Assembly (NCBI GenBank): GCA_964429815.1
Contig: CAYSCM010000003.1
Span: 29,297 to 93,296, forward strand
Source: an uncultured Candidatus Saccharibacteria bacterium
Lineage (GTDB): Bacteria > Patescibacteriota > Minisyncoccia > Phycocordibacterales > CAYSCM01
DNA: 64,000 bases
Direction: 5' to 3'
The translations under genes were made by a program, and so were the position numbers. The notes under the pieces are model-generated. The model searched no databases and was not told the DNA's origin. It worked only from the letters and a program-made list of their open reading frames with translations. Below are positions 29,422 to 37,007 of the stretch, piece after piece (positions within the stretch are counted from its first letter, which is position 1; every line of letters begins with the position of its first letter).

Positions 29422-30894
29422 ATGTGGCCATTTACGTCACGACAACGCCCACTGACCGCACCGCTTTTTTTGTTCAACACGCTCTCCGGCGAACTGGAGA
29501 CTTTCGTGCCGCGCGGCAGGGTCGTAAAAATGTACAATTGCGGTCCCACCGTCTATGACTACCAGCACATCGGCAACATGCGCCCGTACGTTTTTGCCGA
29601 TACGCTGCGGCGCGCTCTTGAGCTTAACGGCTACAAGGTAAAACAAGTCATAAACCTAACTGATGTAGGACATCTCACGGGCGAGAATGAGGGTAATCCG
29701 GACGTCGGTGAAGACAAAGTCGAAAAGAAAGCCCGCGAGGAAGGAGAGACCGTGGAGACCATCGTCTCTCGCGTCACCAAGGCTTATTACGAGGACCTCG
29801 ACCGGCTCAACATCGATCGCCACAAGATCATTTTTGCTCGTGCAACCGACCATATCCGGGAGCAGATAGCCCTCGTCAAGACGCTAGAGGAAAAGGGCCA
29901 TACCTACCAAATCGCGGATGGCATTTATTTCGATACCAGTAAATTCCGCAGTTATGGAAAGCTTGGCAACATTGATATCGAAGGACTTAAAGAGGGCGCC
30001 CGTGTCGAAAAAGTGCCGGGTAAGCGCCGTCCTACCGACTTTGCGCTCTGGAAGTTCTCTCCAAAAAAAGGGATCCGCCAGCAAGAATGGGGCTCGCCCT
30101 GGGGAGTCGGCTTTCCCGGGTGGCATCTCGAGTGCTCTGCCATTGCGATGAGCCTTCTCGGACAGCAGATCGACATACACACCGGCGGCATTGACCACAT
30201 TCCCATCCATCACAACAACGAGATAGCCGAAGCGGAGTGTGCGACCGGTAAGCAGTTTTCACGCTACTGGCTGCACAACGCGTTTATTACCGTCGAGGGA
30301 AAGAAGATCGCAAAATCCGTCGGCAATACCATTTATGTTCGCAACATCATTGACCGCGGGCTCTCTCCCCTTTCGTTGCGTCTCTGGTTCCTTGGCGGCC
30401 ACTACCGTTCTCCTATGAATTTCACCTGGGAGGCTCTCGAGGGCTCTCAGACGGCGCTAGTGCGGCTCCACCGGCACTTTGTCGAGGAACTTGGTGCGAA
30501 GGTTGGTTCGATAAGTAAGAAATACGGGGAGGAATTCCGTCTTGCTATCAATAACGATCTCGATACTCCTAAGGCGCTAGCCATCCTCTGGGAAGTGGTG
30601 AAGGATGCATCTCTCTCTAAAGAAGACAAGCGCGCGACTCTCCTTTCTTTCGATAGAGCCTTGGGCCTTGGCCTGTCGGAGACGAATGAGAAGCTATTGG
30701 CCATGCTTGCGGGCAAGGAACACCGGCTGGTTATTGCCGAAATCCCTGCCGACATAGTGGAGTTGAGTGCACGGCGGGAAAAGGCTCGAACTGCAGGCGA
30801 TTTTGCGGAAGCAGACCGTATCCGAGCGGAAGCCGCGAGGCAGGGGTACCAGATCGAAGACACGCCTCTCGGCCCGCGGTTTAAGAAGATATAA
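29422..30894 (+). CDS. cysS: cysteinyl-tRNA synthetase
   Basis: MYNCGPTVYDYQHIGN (the HIGH region), a Zn-binding Cys, and a KIAKSVGN (KMSKS-like) motif. A TTG at 29470 is an alternative start. Confidence 0.9.
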   Translation: MWPFTSRQRPLTAPLFLFNTLSGELETFVPRGRVVKMYNCGPTVYDYQHIGNMRPYVFADTLRRALELNGYKVKQVINLTDVGHLTGENEGNPDVGEDKVEKKAREEGETVETIVSRVTKAYYEDLDRLNIDRHKIIFARATDHIREQIALVKTLEEKGHTYQIADGIYFDTSKFRSYGKLGNIDIEGLKEGARVEKVPGKRRPTDFALWKFSPKKGIRQQEWGSPWGVGFPGWHLECSAIAMSLLGQQIDIHTGGIDHIPIHHNNEIAEAECATGKQFSRYWLHNAFITVEGKKIAKSVGNTIYVRNIIDRGLSPLSLRLWFLGGHYRSPMNFTWEALEGSQTALVRLHRHFVEELGAKVGSISKKYGEEFRLAINNDLDTPKALAILWEVVKDASLSKEDKRATLLSFDRALGLGLSETNEKLLAMLAGKEHRLVIAEIPADIVELSARREKARTAGDFAEADRIRAEAARQGYQIEDTPLGPRFKKI

Positions 30895-30972
30895 CCCCTC
30901 TTCCACAGGTTAAAAACACTTTACCCTCTTGCGGAATGAGTGCCTGTTTCTCCAGAGTGGTACACTTCCCGT

Positions 30973-32367
30973 ATGGCTGCTAGAGGCAACCCCGCTGCAC
31001 TGCGCATCCCACCGCAAAATCTTGAGTCCGAGAAAGCACTTCTCGGCTCCATCATGCTTCGCCCGGAGGGCATGCATGAGATCATCGACCTTGTTTCATC
31101 GGAATCCTTCTATGCGGAGCGGCACCGTATCATCTTCCGCGCCATGTTTGAGCTCATGGGCGCGAGCTCTCCTATCGATCAGCTCTCCGTCTCAACACAC
31201 CTCACCGAGCGAAAACAACTCGAACAGGCCGGCGGCAAAAGTTATCTTCTCGAGCTCGTAAACTCCACTCCTTCCGCAAGTAATCTCAAGTACTACGCGC
31301 AAGTCGTGCATCGCAAAGCGATGATGCGGAATCTCCTGGAAGCCGCCGACTACATCAATGAGCTTGGCTACAATGAGGTTGAAGATCTCGAAGAACTACT
31401 CGATAAGGCAGAGAAGAAAGTCTACGAGGTCACGAGCTCCCCGTCGTTCCATAAGTTTGTCTCGATTGCTGATACGCTTGGCGGCGCGTGGGAGCGTATT
31501 GAAAATTTAAGCCACAACAAGGACGAGCTTCGTGGTATCAGAAGTGGTTATCGTGACCTCGACAATCTTTTAGCCGGCTTTCAAAAATCTGATCTTATTA
31601 TTCTCGCCGCACGCCCAAGCATGGGAAAGACCGCCCTGGCTCTTGATATTGCCCGACAAACAGCAACCCTATATAAGAATCCCGTCGGTATCTTTTCCCT
31701 TGAAATGAGCTCTCAGCAACTTGTCGACCGCATGCTTGCTGCAGAAGCCCGTGTCGATGCCTGGAAACTCCGCACCGGGAAACTTTCGACCGATGACGAG
31801 TTTAATAAACTGCGCGACTCTCTCGATCGCCTCTCACAGGCCCCTATTTTTATCGACGATCAACCGGGGAGTAATATTCTCAAAATGCGTTCGGTAGCGC
31901 GTCGCATGAAGCGTGAACACGGCCTCGCCCTTCTCATAGTCGACTACCTGCAACTTATGGTCCCGACCGGTGCTCGAGCTTCGGATTCCCTTGTGCAGCA
32001 GGTCACGGAAATTTCTCGCTCGCTCAAGACACTCGCCCGAGAGCTCGATGTACCGGTTCTTGCGCTCTCTCAGCTTTCGCGCGAAATCGAAAAGCGTCGT
32101 GGCAAACCCCGTCTCTCAGACCTTCGTGATTCAGGCTCCATCGAGCAGGACGCGGACGTGGTCATGTTTATTCATCGCGATGACAAAATGAACGAAAACT
32201 CCGACCGTCCCAACATCGCTGAAATCCTTGTCGAAAAACACCGCAATGGTCCGACCGGCCGAATCGAGCTTTATTTCGACGAGAAGAAAACCACCTTCCT
32301 GCCGATTGAGCGCTCCTCTTTAGCCGATTTTGAAACCGCCTCTCCCGGAGCTTCAGAGGACTTTTAG
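30973..32367 (+). CDS. dnaB: replicative DNA helicase DnaB
   Basis: N-terminal PPQNLESEKALLGSIM. Walker A ARPSMGKTALAL. Characteristic RecA-fold motifs. The ORF-track GTG start at 30940 is an alternative. Confidence 0.9.
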   Translation: MAARGNPAALRIPPQNLESEKALLGSIMLRPEGMHEIIDLVSSESFYAERHRIIFRAMFELMGASSPIDQLSVSTHLTERKQLEQAGGKSYLLELVNSTPSASNLKYYAQVVHRKAMMRNLLEAADYINELGYNEVEDLEELLDKAEKKVYEVTSSPSFHKFVSIADTLGGAWERIENLSHNKDELRGIRSGYRDLDNLLAGFQKSDLIILAARPSMGKTALALDIARQTATLYKNPVGIFSLEMSSQQLVDRMLAAEARVDAWKLRTGKLSTDDEFNKLRDSLDRLSQAPIFIDDQPGSNILKMRSVARRMKREHGLALLIVDYLQLMVPTGARASDSLVQQVTEISRSLKTLARELDVPVLALSQLSREIEKRRGKPRLSDLRDSGSIEQDADVVMFIHRDDKMNENSDRPNIAEILVEKHRNGPTGRIELYFDEKKTTFLPIERSSLADFETASPGASEDF

Positions 32368-32369
32368 AT

Positions 32370-32981
32370 ATGAATACCATCGCTAACCTTGCGGAACTTT
32401 TCCGCAAGTTCCCCGGAATAGGTCCGAGACAAGCGAAACGATTTGTTTATTTTTTGCTTACCCAAAGCGACTCATACCGACGCGAGCTTGCGGAGCATAT
32501 CGTCAACCTTAAAAAAGAAGTTACCATCTGCCCCCGCTGCTTCCGCTATTTCACCAAGGTCGGCGCCACGACGCACTGCTCCGTTTGTACCAATGCGGGG
32601 CGGGATCAGACTCTTCTCATGCTTGTCGAAAAGGATGTGGACCTCGAGAGTGTCGAGAAAAGCAAGCTCTATAGCGGCCTCTATTTCGTGCTTGGGGGTG
32701 TAGTCCCTATTCTCGAGAAAGAGCCGGAAAAACGTATTCGCATTCAAGAGCTCGAAAAACGCATCGCGAAGGAAGATGGCTCTATTAAGGAAATTATTTT
32801 TGCTCTCTCGGTGAACCCTGACGGAGACAATACCCACGACTACCTTGTTGAGCGCCTCACTCCCCTGTCCAAGGAATACGGGTTCAAACTCTCATCGCTT
32901 GGCCGTGGTCTCTCGACCGGTAGTGAGCTGGAATATTCTGACTCTGAGACAATAAAAAACGCCTTGCGGAATCGACAATGA
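32370..32981 (+). CDS. recR: recombination protein RecR
   Basis: Helix-hairpin-helix N-terminus, a C4 zinc finger (CPRC...CSVC), and a Toprim domain. Confidence 0.92.
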   Translation: MNTIANLAELFRKFPGIGPRQAKRFVYFLLTQSDSYRRELAEHIVNLKKEVTICPRCFRYFTKVGATTHCSVCTNAGRDQTLLMLVEKDVDLESVEKSKLYSGLYFVLGGVVPILEKEPEKRIRIQELEKRIAKEDGSIKEIIFALSVNPDGDNTHDYLVERLTPLSKEYGFKLSSLGRGLSTGSELEYSDSETIKNALRNRQ

Positions 32982-33274
32982 AGTTGAACATAGAATTTCT
33001 TGCTGACTCAGATGCATTTGACTACTCAAATGGCATATCGGAATACCGAGCTGCTTGTCGTGGAAAGAAGCGTACGAGTAGCGAAGAGAACCACAAACTT
33101 CTGTTTCTTGTTTTGTATGACTTGCTGACCCACCTCTATGGCACAGAAACCGCGGATCAAGCAGTCGCCACAGACAAGACGTATGGGGCCCAATATGTAA
33201 ATGCCTGGGAATGGGCGCTTTCAATTTCGAAAGATGAGAGGAGAAAAAGATTTGACGAAATTCTAGCTAACTAA
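32978..33274 (+). CDS. hypothetical small protein (98 aa), lower-GC, coupled to recR
   Basis: ATGA overlap with the recR stop. Local GC is about 43%, against 55-58% in the surroundings. It has its own downstream terminator. No recognisable family. Confidence 0.45.
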   Translation: MKLNIEFLADSDAFDYSNGISEYRAACRGKKRTSSEENHKLLFLVLYDLLTHLYGTETADQAVATDKTYGAQYVNAWEWALSISKDERRKRFDEILAN

Positions 33275-33296
33275 AGCCTGCCATTCGGCGGGCTTT
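33273..33296. terminator. bidirectional terminator between the small ORF and convergent rplU
   Basis: AAAGCCTGCC-attc-GGCGGGCTTT; one G.U wobble pair. Confidence 0.55.
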
Positions 33297-33298
33297 AG

Positions 33299-33616
33299 TT
33301 AGGAGATTTTATCGATCTTTACTTCAAAGTAGGGCTGGCGGTGGCCGCGCTTCTTAAAGTATCGGCTCTTTGCCTTGTACTTGATGACGGTCACTTTCGG
33401 GGCTCGTGCGGCGCTTACCAGCTTCCCGGTTACCTTGGCACCAGAGACGTTAGGGTTGCCGATTTTGGCCTCATTGCCGCCTGCAACAAGGAGAACGTTC
33501 TCAAAGGTAAGGGTATCCCCCGCCTTGTGGTTTCCTTTCATCTTCTCGATCTTAAGGGTATCCCCCTCAGAAACGAGGTATTGCTTGCCGCCGGTTGCTA
33601 TCACTGCAAATTTCAT
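33299..33616 (-). CDS. rplU: 50S ribosomal protein L21
   Basis: MKFAVIATGGKQYLVSEGDTLKIEK...KVTVIKYKAKSRY; 105 aa. Confidence 0.92.
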   Translation of the reverse strand: MKFAVIATGGKQYLVSEGDTLKIEKMKGNHKAGDTLTFENVLLVAGGNEAKIGNPNVSGAKVTGKLVSAARAPKVTVIKYKAKSRYFKKRGHRQPYFEVKIDKIS

Positions 33617-33625
33617 AGATGCCCC

Positions 33626-33653
33626 ATACTAGCCAAAATGGCTAATTTTGCAA
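33626..33653 (-). promoter_or_regulatory. putative sigma70-type promoter of rplU
   Basis: On the minus strand, TTGCAA-16 nt-TAGTAT ends 9 nt before the ATG. This implies a leaderless or very short-leader mRNA. Confidence 0.4.
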
Positions 33654-33670
33654 GAAGCGGAGGCAGATAA

Positions 33671-33698
33671 TTGAACAATTAACAAAGTATGGTATAGT
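33671..33698 (+). promoter_or_regulatory. putative promoter of the 33743 gene
   Basis: TTGAAC-16 nt-TGgTATAGT (extended -10). An AAAGGAG ribosome-binding site sits before the ATG at 33743. Confidence 0.4.
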
Positions 33699-33742
33699 TC
33701 GCGTAGGTGGTGGCAATATCTTTCTAAAGAAAGGAGTACCGA

Positions 33743-34114
33743 ATGCCAGCGCGAACACTAGAAGAACGGGTGGCTTCGCTGGAAAGCCGGGTGGGCGAAC
33801 TTGAGGGACGCGATGAGTTCTTCATCTCTCAACTCCAAGGAATTCACCTGGAAGTTCAAGGTCTGCGTCAAGACTACGAGCTACGGACGAACATTCTTAG
33901 CGCGAGGATGAGGGGTGTTGAGGCTCGACTTAATCAAGTTGAAATCCGGCTCTCACAACTCCCGACACGTGACGAGTTTGAGCAACGACTCTCGCAACTT
34001 CCGACACGTGATGAGTTCGAGCAACGACTCTCACAGCTCCCGACACGTGAGGAAATGACGCAAATCGTCCGGGATGCTCTGATAGCGAGACCCAAAAGGC
34101 CGAAAGCTCCGTAA
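33743..34114 (+). CDS. coiled-coil protein with three tandem 13-aa repeats (RLSQLPTRDEFEQ)
   Basis: Strong ribosome-binding site; 123 aa; heptad-rich. The tandem 39-nt DNA repeats encode the repeated peptide. Confidence 0.55.
   Translation: MPARTLEERVASLESRVGELEGRDEFFISQLQGIHLEVQGLRQDYELRTNILSARMRGVEARLNQVEIRLSQLPTRDEFEQRLSQLPTRDEFEQRLSQLPTREEMTQIVRDALIARPKRPKAP
33948..34058 (+). repeat. about 2.8 tandem copies of a 39-nt unit inside the coiled-coil gene
   Basis: CGACTCTC(G/A)CA(A/G)CT(T/C)CCGACACGTGA(T/C)GAGTT(C/T)GAGCAA repeated in-frame. Confidence 0.7.
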
Positions 34115-34125
34115 CGTTACCCTGT

Positions 34126-34158
34126 GAAGCTCCGCGATCGCGGAGCTTCTTCTTTTTT
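34126..34158. terminator. bidirectional intrinsic terminator (convergent with rmuC)
   Basis: Perfect 24-nt palindrome GAAGCTCCGCGATCGCGGAGCTTC followed by TTCTTTTTT. Confidence 0.7.
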
Positions 34159-34172
34159 AGTTATAGCTAGTC

Positions 34173-35234
34173 CTAGTCCCGCTCGTTAGGTTTCGCCAAT
34201 TCTAATGTCTCAAAACCCGCCGAAGCGCCAGCGATTTTGAGTACGTCCTTATCGATTTTCTTGAGCTCCTTTCCCGCTGCGTTGTAATGATTCACCGTCG
34301 TCGAAAGCGCATTTCCCACTTTTACATAATAGTCTTCGTAGGCCTTGAGATGCTTTCCCAAGTCCTCAACTTTTGTAATGATCTGTGAAGCCTTCTCTTC
34401 AATCTGCATCGCCTTAAGTCCCTGGAGCACCGTCTGCAGATACGCCAAGAACGACGTTGGAGAGACAATAATGACTCTCTTCTGCTGGAACGCATATTCG
34501 ATAAGGTCACGTGTGTTTACTTTTACTGATCCGACCTGTGCCACAAGTAGGTCGTAATAGATAGCCTCATGCGGAATAAACATAAACGCAAAATCAAGCG
34601 TTCCCTCAGAGGGTTTTACGTACTTGCTTGTCTCATCAATACGGCTTTTCAGGTCAGCTTTAAAAGCCTTTTCAAGTCGCTCGCGTTCTACCGGATCCCG
34701 CTCTTCAGCGAGGCGATTGTAATTTTCAAGCGAGAACTTCGAGTCAACGGGAATGATTTTGTCTTTCACAAATACGACTGCATCGACGATAGTGCCGTCC
34801 TTGAATGGATACTGCATTTGGAAGCTCCCTGGCGGCAGAACATTCTTGAGAAGGGTCTCGAGATAGTACTCTCCGAGAATTCCGCGCTGCTTAGGGTTCT
34901 TGAGGATGTCCTCGAGGGATTGAAGCTGATCGGCAAAGGAAACAACCTGGCGGTTGGTCTCGTCGAGTTTTGTAAGTCCCTCGGTCACCTCGCGAATGAG
35001 CTTCGCCGATTCGCCCAGCTGTGTGCGCACCGTCTCGTGCACCTGTCGACTCGACTCCGCAACGCGGCTATCAAGAGTGCGCGCAAGTTCCTGGATCTGA
35101 TTTTGAATGAGAACCAGAGAATTATCCTCATTGACACTTCCCCTTCCCTGACGGCGCATCATCACCCATACAAAAATGGCATTGCCTACCGCAAGGAGGA
35201 CAATCAGCGCGATAAGCAAACCGAGGTTTTCCAT
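34173..35234 (-). CDS. rmuC: DNA recombination protein RmuC
   Basis: N-terminal TM helix, a long coiled coil, and a C-terminal RmuC nuclease-like domain (FMFIPHEAIYYDLL...VIIVSPTSFLAYL). Confidence 0.85.
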   Translation of the reverse strand: MENLGLLIALIVLLAVGNAIFVWVMMRRQGRGSVNEDNSLVLIQNQIQELARTLDSRVAESSRQVHETVRTQLGESAKLIREVTEGLTKLDETNRQVVSFADQLQSLEDILKNPKQRGILGEYYLETLLKNVLPPGSFQMQYPFKDGTIVDAVVFVKDKIIPVDSKFSLENYNRLAEERDPVERERLEKAFKADLKSRIDETSKYVKPSEGTLDFAFMFIPHEAIYYDLLVAQVGSVKVNTRDLIEYAFQQKRVIIVSPTSFLAYLQTVLQGLKAMQIEEKASQIITKVEDLGKHLKAYEDYYVKVGNALSTTVNHYNAAGKELKKIDKDVLKIAGASAGFETLELAKPNERD

Positions 35235-35261
35235 AGGGCAATTTTAGCATAGGATAAAGAT

Positions 35262-35717
35262 ATGACTCTCCACGAAAATTTCCGCGAGCAGCTCAAAGAT
35301 GCGATGCGCGCAAAAGATACGGTGCGAACGACTGTTATCAAAAGTCTGATGACTGCCGCTACAAATGAACTTGTCGCAACGAAGCGAAAGCCGGACGAAA
35401 TCCTCACGGATGATCAAACTCTCGCAGTCATTCGCCGCGCTGTAAAGCAGCGAAAGGATTCGATTGAGCAATTCACCAAAGGAAATCGTCCCGACCTAGC
35501 CGCCACCGAGCAAGCTGAACTTAAGGTCCTTGAGGCCTACCTCCCTGCTCAATTGAGCCGCGAGGAAATTGAAAGAGTTGCCCGGGCTAAGGCTGCGGAG
35601 CTTGGCGTCTCCGACAAAACTGGCGCTAATAAACTCATGGGTATGCTTATGAAAGAGCTAAAAAATAAGGCTGACGGTACCGAAGTTAAGGCTGTGGTTG
35701 ATTCTCTTTTTGCTTGA
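35262..35717 (+). CDS. yqeY: GatB/YqeY-domain protein
   Basis: 151 aa. REQLKDAMRAKD...VIRRAVKQRKDSIEQF matches the YqeY family. Confidence 0.8.
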   Translation: MTLHENFREQLKDAMRAKDTVRTTVIKSLMTAATNELVATKRKPDEILTDDQTLAVIRRAVKQRKDSIEQFTKGNRPDLAATEQAELKVLEAYLPAQLSREEIERVARAKAAELGVSDKTGANKLMGMLMKELKNKADGTEVKAVVDSLFA

Positions 35718-35743
35718 CTTTTGGTCATTTTCTGTGGTATAAT
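35714..35743 (+). promoter_or_regulatory. strong sigma70-type promoter
   Basis: TTGACT-18 nt-TGgTATAAT, consensus in both hexamers, followed by an AGGAGG ribosome-binding site for the 35781 gene. Confidence 0.55.
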
Positions 35744-35780
35744 CGAGGCTAGCAAATCGCTCTCTTAGCAGGAGGCCAAA

Positions 35781-35996
35781 ATGGCCAAACCGAAACATGT
35801 CCAAGACGCAATCTTTGCGGGTAGCACCGCGAAGTTATCTGATTACGGCAAGCATGGCGCCCGAGTCGCGACACACAAACGCCGCGCTAAGGCAGCTGCG
35901 AAGCCGACCGCCGAGGAACAAGCCTCGGCACGCCTACGCCGCAAGCACGCGTTCAAGGAGGAGGCCATCGCTTCGTGGGGAAAGTCTCGTGACTGA
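35781..35996 (+). CDS. small highly basic protein (71 aa), unknown function
   Basis: Consensus promoter and AGGAGG ribosome-binding site. Lys/Arg/Ala-rich (HKRRAKAAAKP...RLRRKHAFKEE). The overlapping +1-frame ORF at 35797 is rejected for this stretch. Confidence 0.55.
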   Translation: MAKPKHVQDAIFAGSTAKLSDYGKHGARVATHKRRAKAAAKPTAEEQASARLRRKHAFKEEAIASWGKSRD

Positions 35997-36324
35997 CCCT
36001 ACTGAAGTCCTTCTCGAAGGCTACCTTCTCAACACGGACGAGCTTCAAGACGCCGAGGCTCGTTATCCGGGTTACGTTCGACTCGGGTCACACGGGCGCT
36101 ACGGCGCTGTCGTGACCGTCGCCGGCAATGAGGTGCACTACAACCTTATCGGGGGTGACACGCGCCACTTCGGCGAATGGCATCGTCTCGATACGCGCGA
36201 GATCCCAGAGCTCTTGCAACGGCTTGCTCGTCATCGTGCAGCTGAAGCGGTGCTCGGAGTGAGGCTCGATCATGCGCTGGCAGTCGAGCGTAAACGCAAG
36301 CGCAAAATCATCCTGAAGGTGTAA
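35989..36324 (+). CDS. hypothetical protein (about 111 aa; GTG start inferred)
   Basis: The frame of ORF 35797..36324 stays open for 110 codons after the upstream gene's stop, with no Met codon. A GTG overlaps the upstream stop (GTGACTGA). A terminator follows immediately. Confidence 0.3.
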   Translation: MTDPTEVLLEGYLLNTDELQDAEARYPGYVRLGSHGRYGAVVTVAGNEVHYNLIGGDTRHFGEWHRLDTREIPELLQRLARHRAAEAVLGVRLDHALAVERKRKRKIILKV

Positions 36325-36352
36325 CTGGTCTCGACTGGTTACACCTTTTTTT
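36317..36352. terminator. bidirectional intrinsic terminator (convergent with truB)
   Basis: AGGTGTAAC...GTTACACCT 9-bp stem with inner pairs, then a run of seven T. Confidence 0.65.
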
Positions 36353-36359
36353 ATGTCTT

Positions 36360-37007
36360 TTAGAAATCCCCTATCTTTTTGGCGTGCTCTACTCTAAATT
36401 CTCCGATCCGTGTTCGGCGTAGTGTGTAGAGTGTCGCAGGGTAGCCGAGTCGTCTGCCGAGCTCCTCTGCGAGAGAGCGGATATAGGTGCCGCTTCCCAC
36501 TTCAAACTCCACTCGGATTAGTACCTTATCTCCCTGTCGCTCCACATCCTCCAAAACAGCTTTCAGCACACGCATGGTCTTAACGGGGGTTTCAAACTCT
36601 TCCCCACTTCTTGCGCGTTTGTAGAGTGCCCTCCCCCTCACCTTGACGGCAGAATAGGCCGGCACGGGAAGTTCGAGCTCTCCTATAAGTGAGCTCATTG
36701 CTTTTGCGATATCGCCATTTGATAGTTCCCCGACAGACTTACTTTCTAGAACCGCCCCAGCCATGTCTCCCGTATCGCGTCTTTCTCCAAGGAGTATTGC
36801 CGCTCGATATACCTTGGGAAGTTTTAAGTACACATTAAGTTTTTTCGTCGAGTCCCCTACAGCGATAATAAGAAGCCCCGTCGCAAGTGGATCAAGTGTG
36901 CCCGCATGCCCCATTTTTCGTACCTTGAGACGTGTGCGTAGTTGGCGAATAACGTCAAAAGAGGTGATGCCGGAGGGCTTATCGATGAGAAAAATACTTT
37001 CCATCAT
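36360..37007 (-). CDS. truB: tRNA pseudouridine(55) synthase
   Basis: LIDKPSGITSFDVIRQLRTRLKVRKMGHAGTLDPLATGLLII includes the catalytic Asp motif. Confidence 0.92.
   Translation of the reverse strand: MMESIFLIDKPSGITSFDVIRQLRTRLKVRKMGHAGTLDPLATGLLIIAVGDSTKKLNVYLKLPKVYRAAILLGERRDTGDMAGAVLESKSVGELSNGDIAKAMSSLIGELELPVPAYSAVKVRGRALYKRARSGEEFETPVKTMRVLKAVLEDVERQGDKVLIRVEFEVGSGTYIRSLAEELGRRLGYPATLYTLRRTRIGEFRVEHAKKIGDF

Noticed and set aside
35797-35996. 5' part of ORF 35797..36324 that overlaps the 71-aa basic-protein gene in the +1 frame
   Set aside because: The 35781 frame has the AGGAGG ribosome-binding site and a consensus promoter. The overlapping frame has no ribosome-binding site, and its translation over this stretch (RSRPPRNKPRHAYAASTRSRRRPS) looks like frame-shifted Ala/Lys codons. 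Only the portion downstream of 35989 is kept, as a tentative gene.
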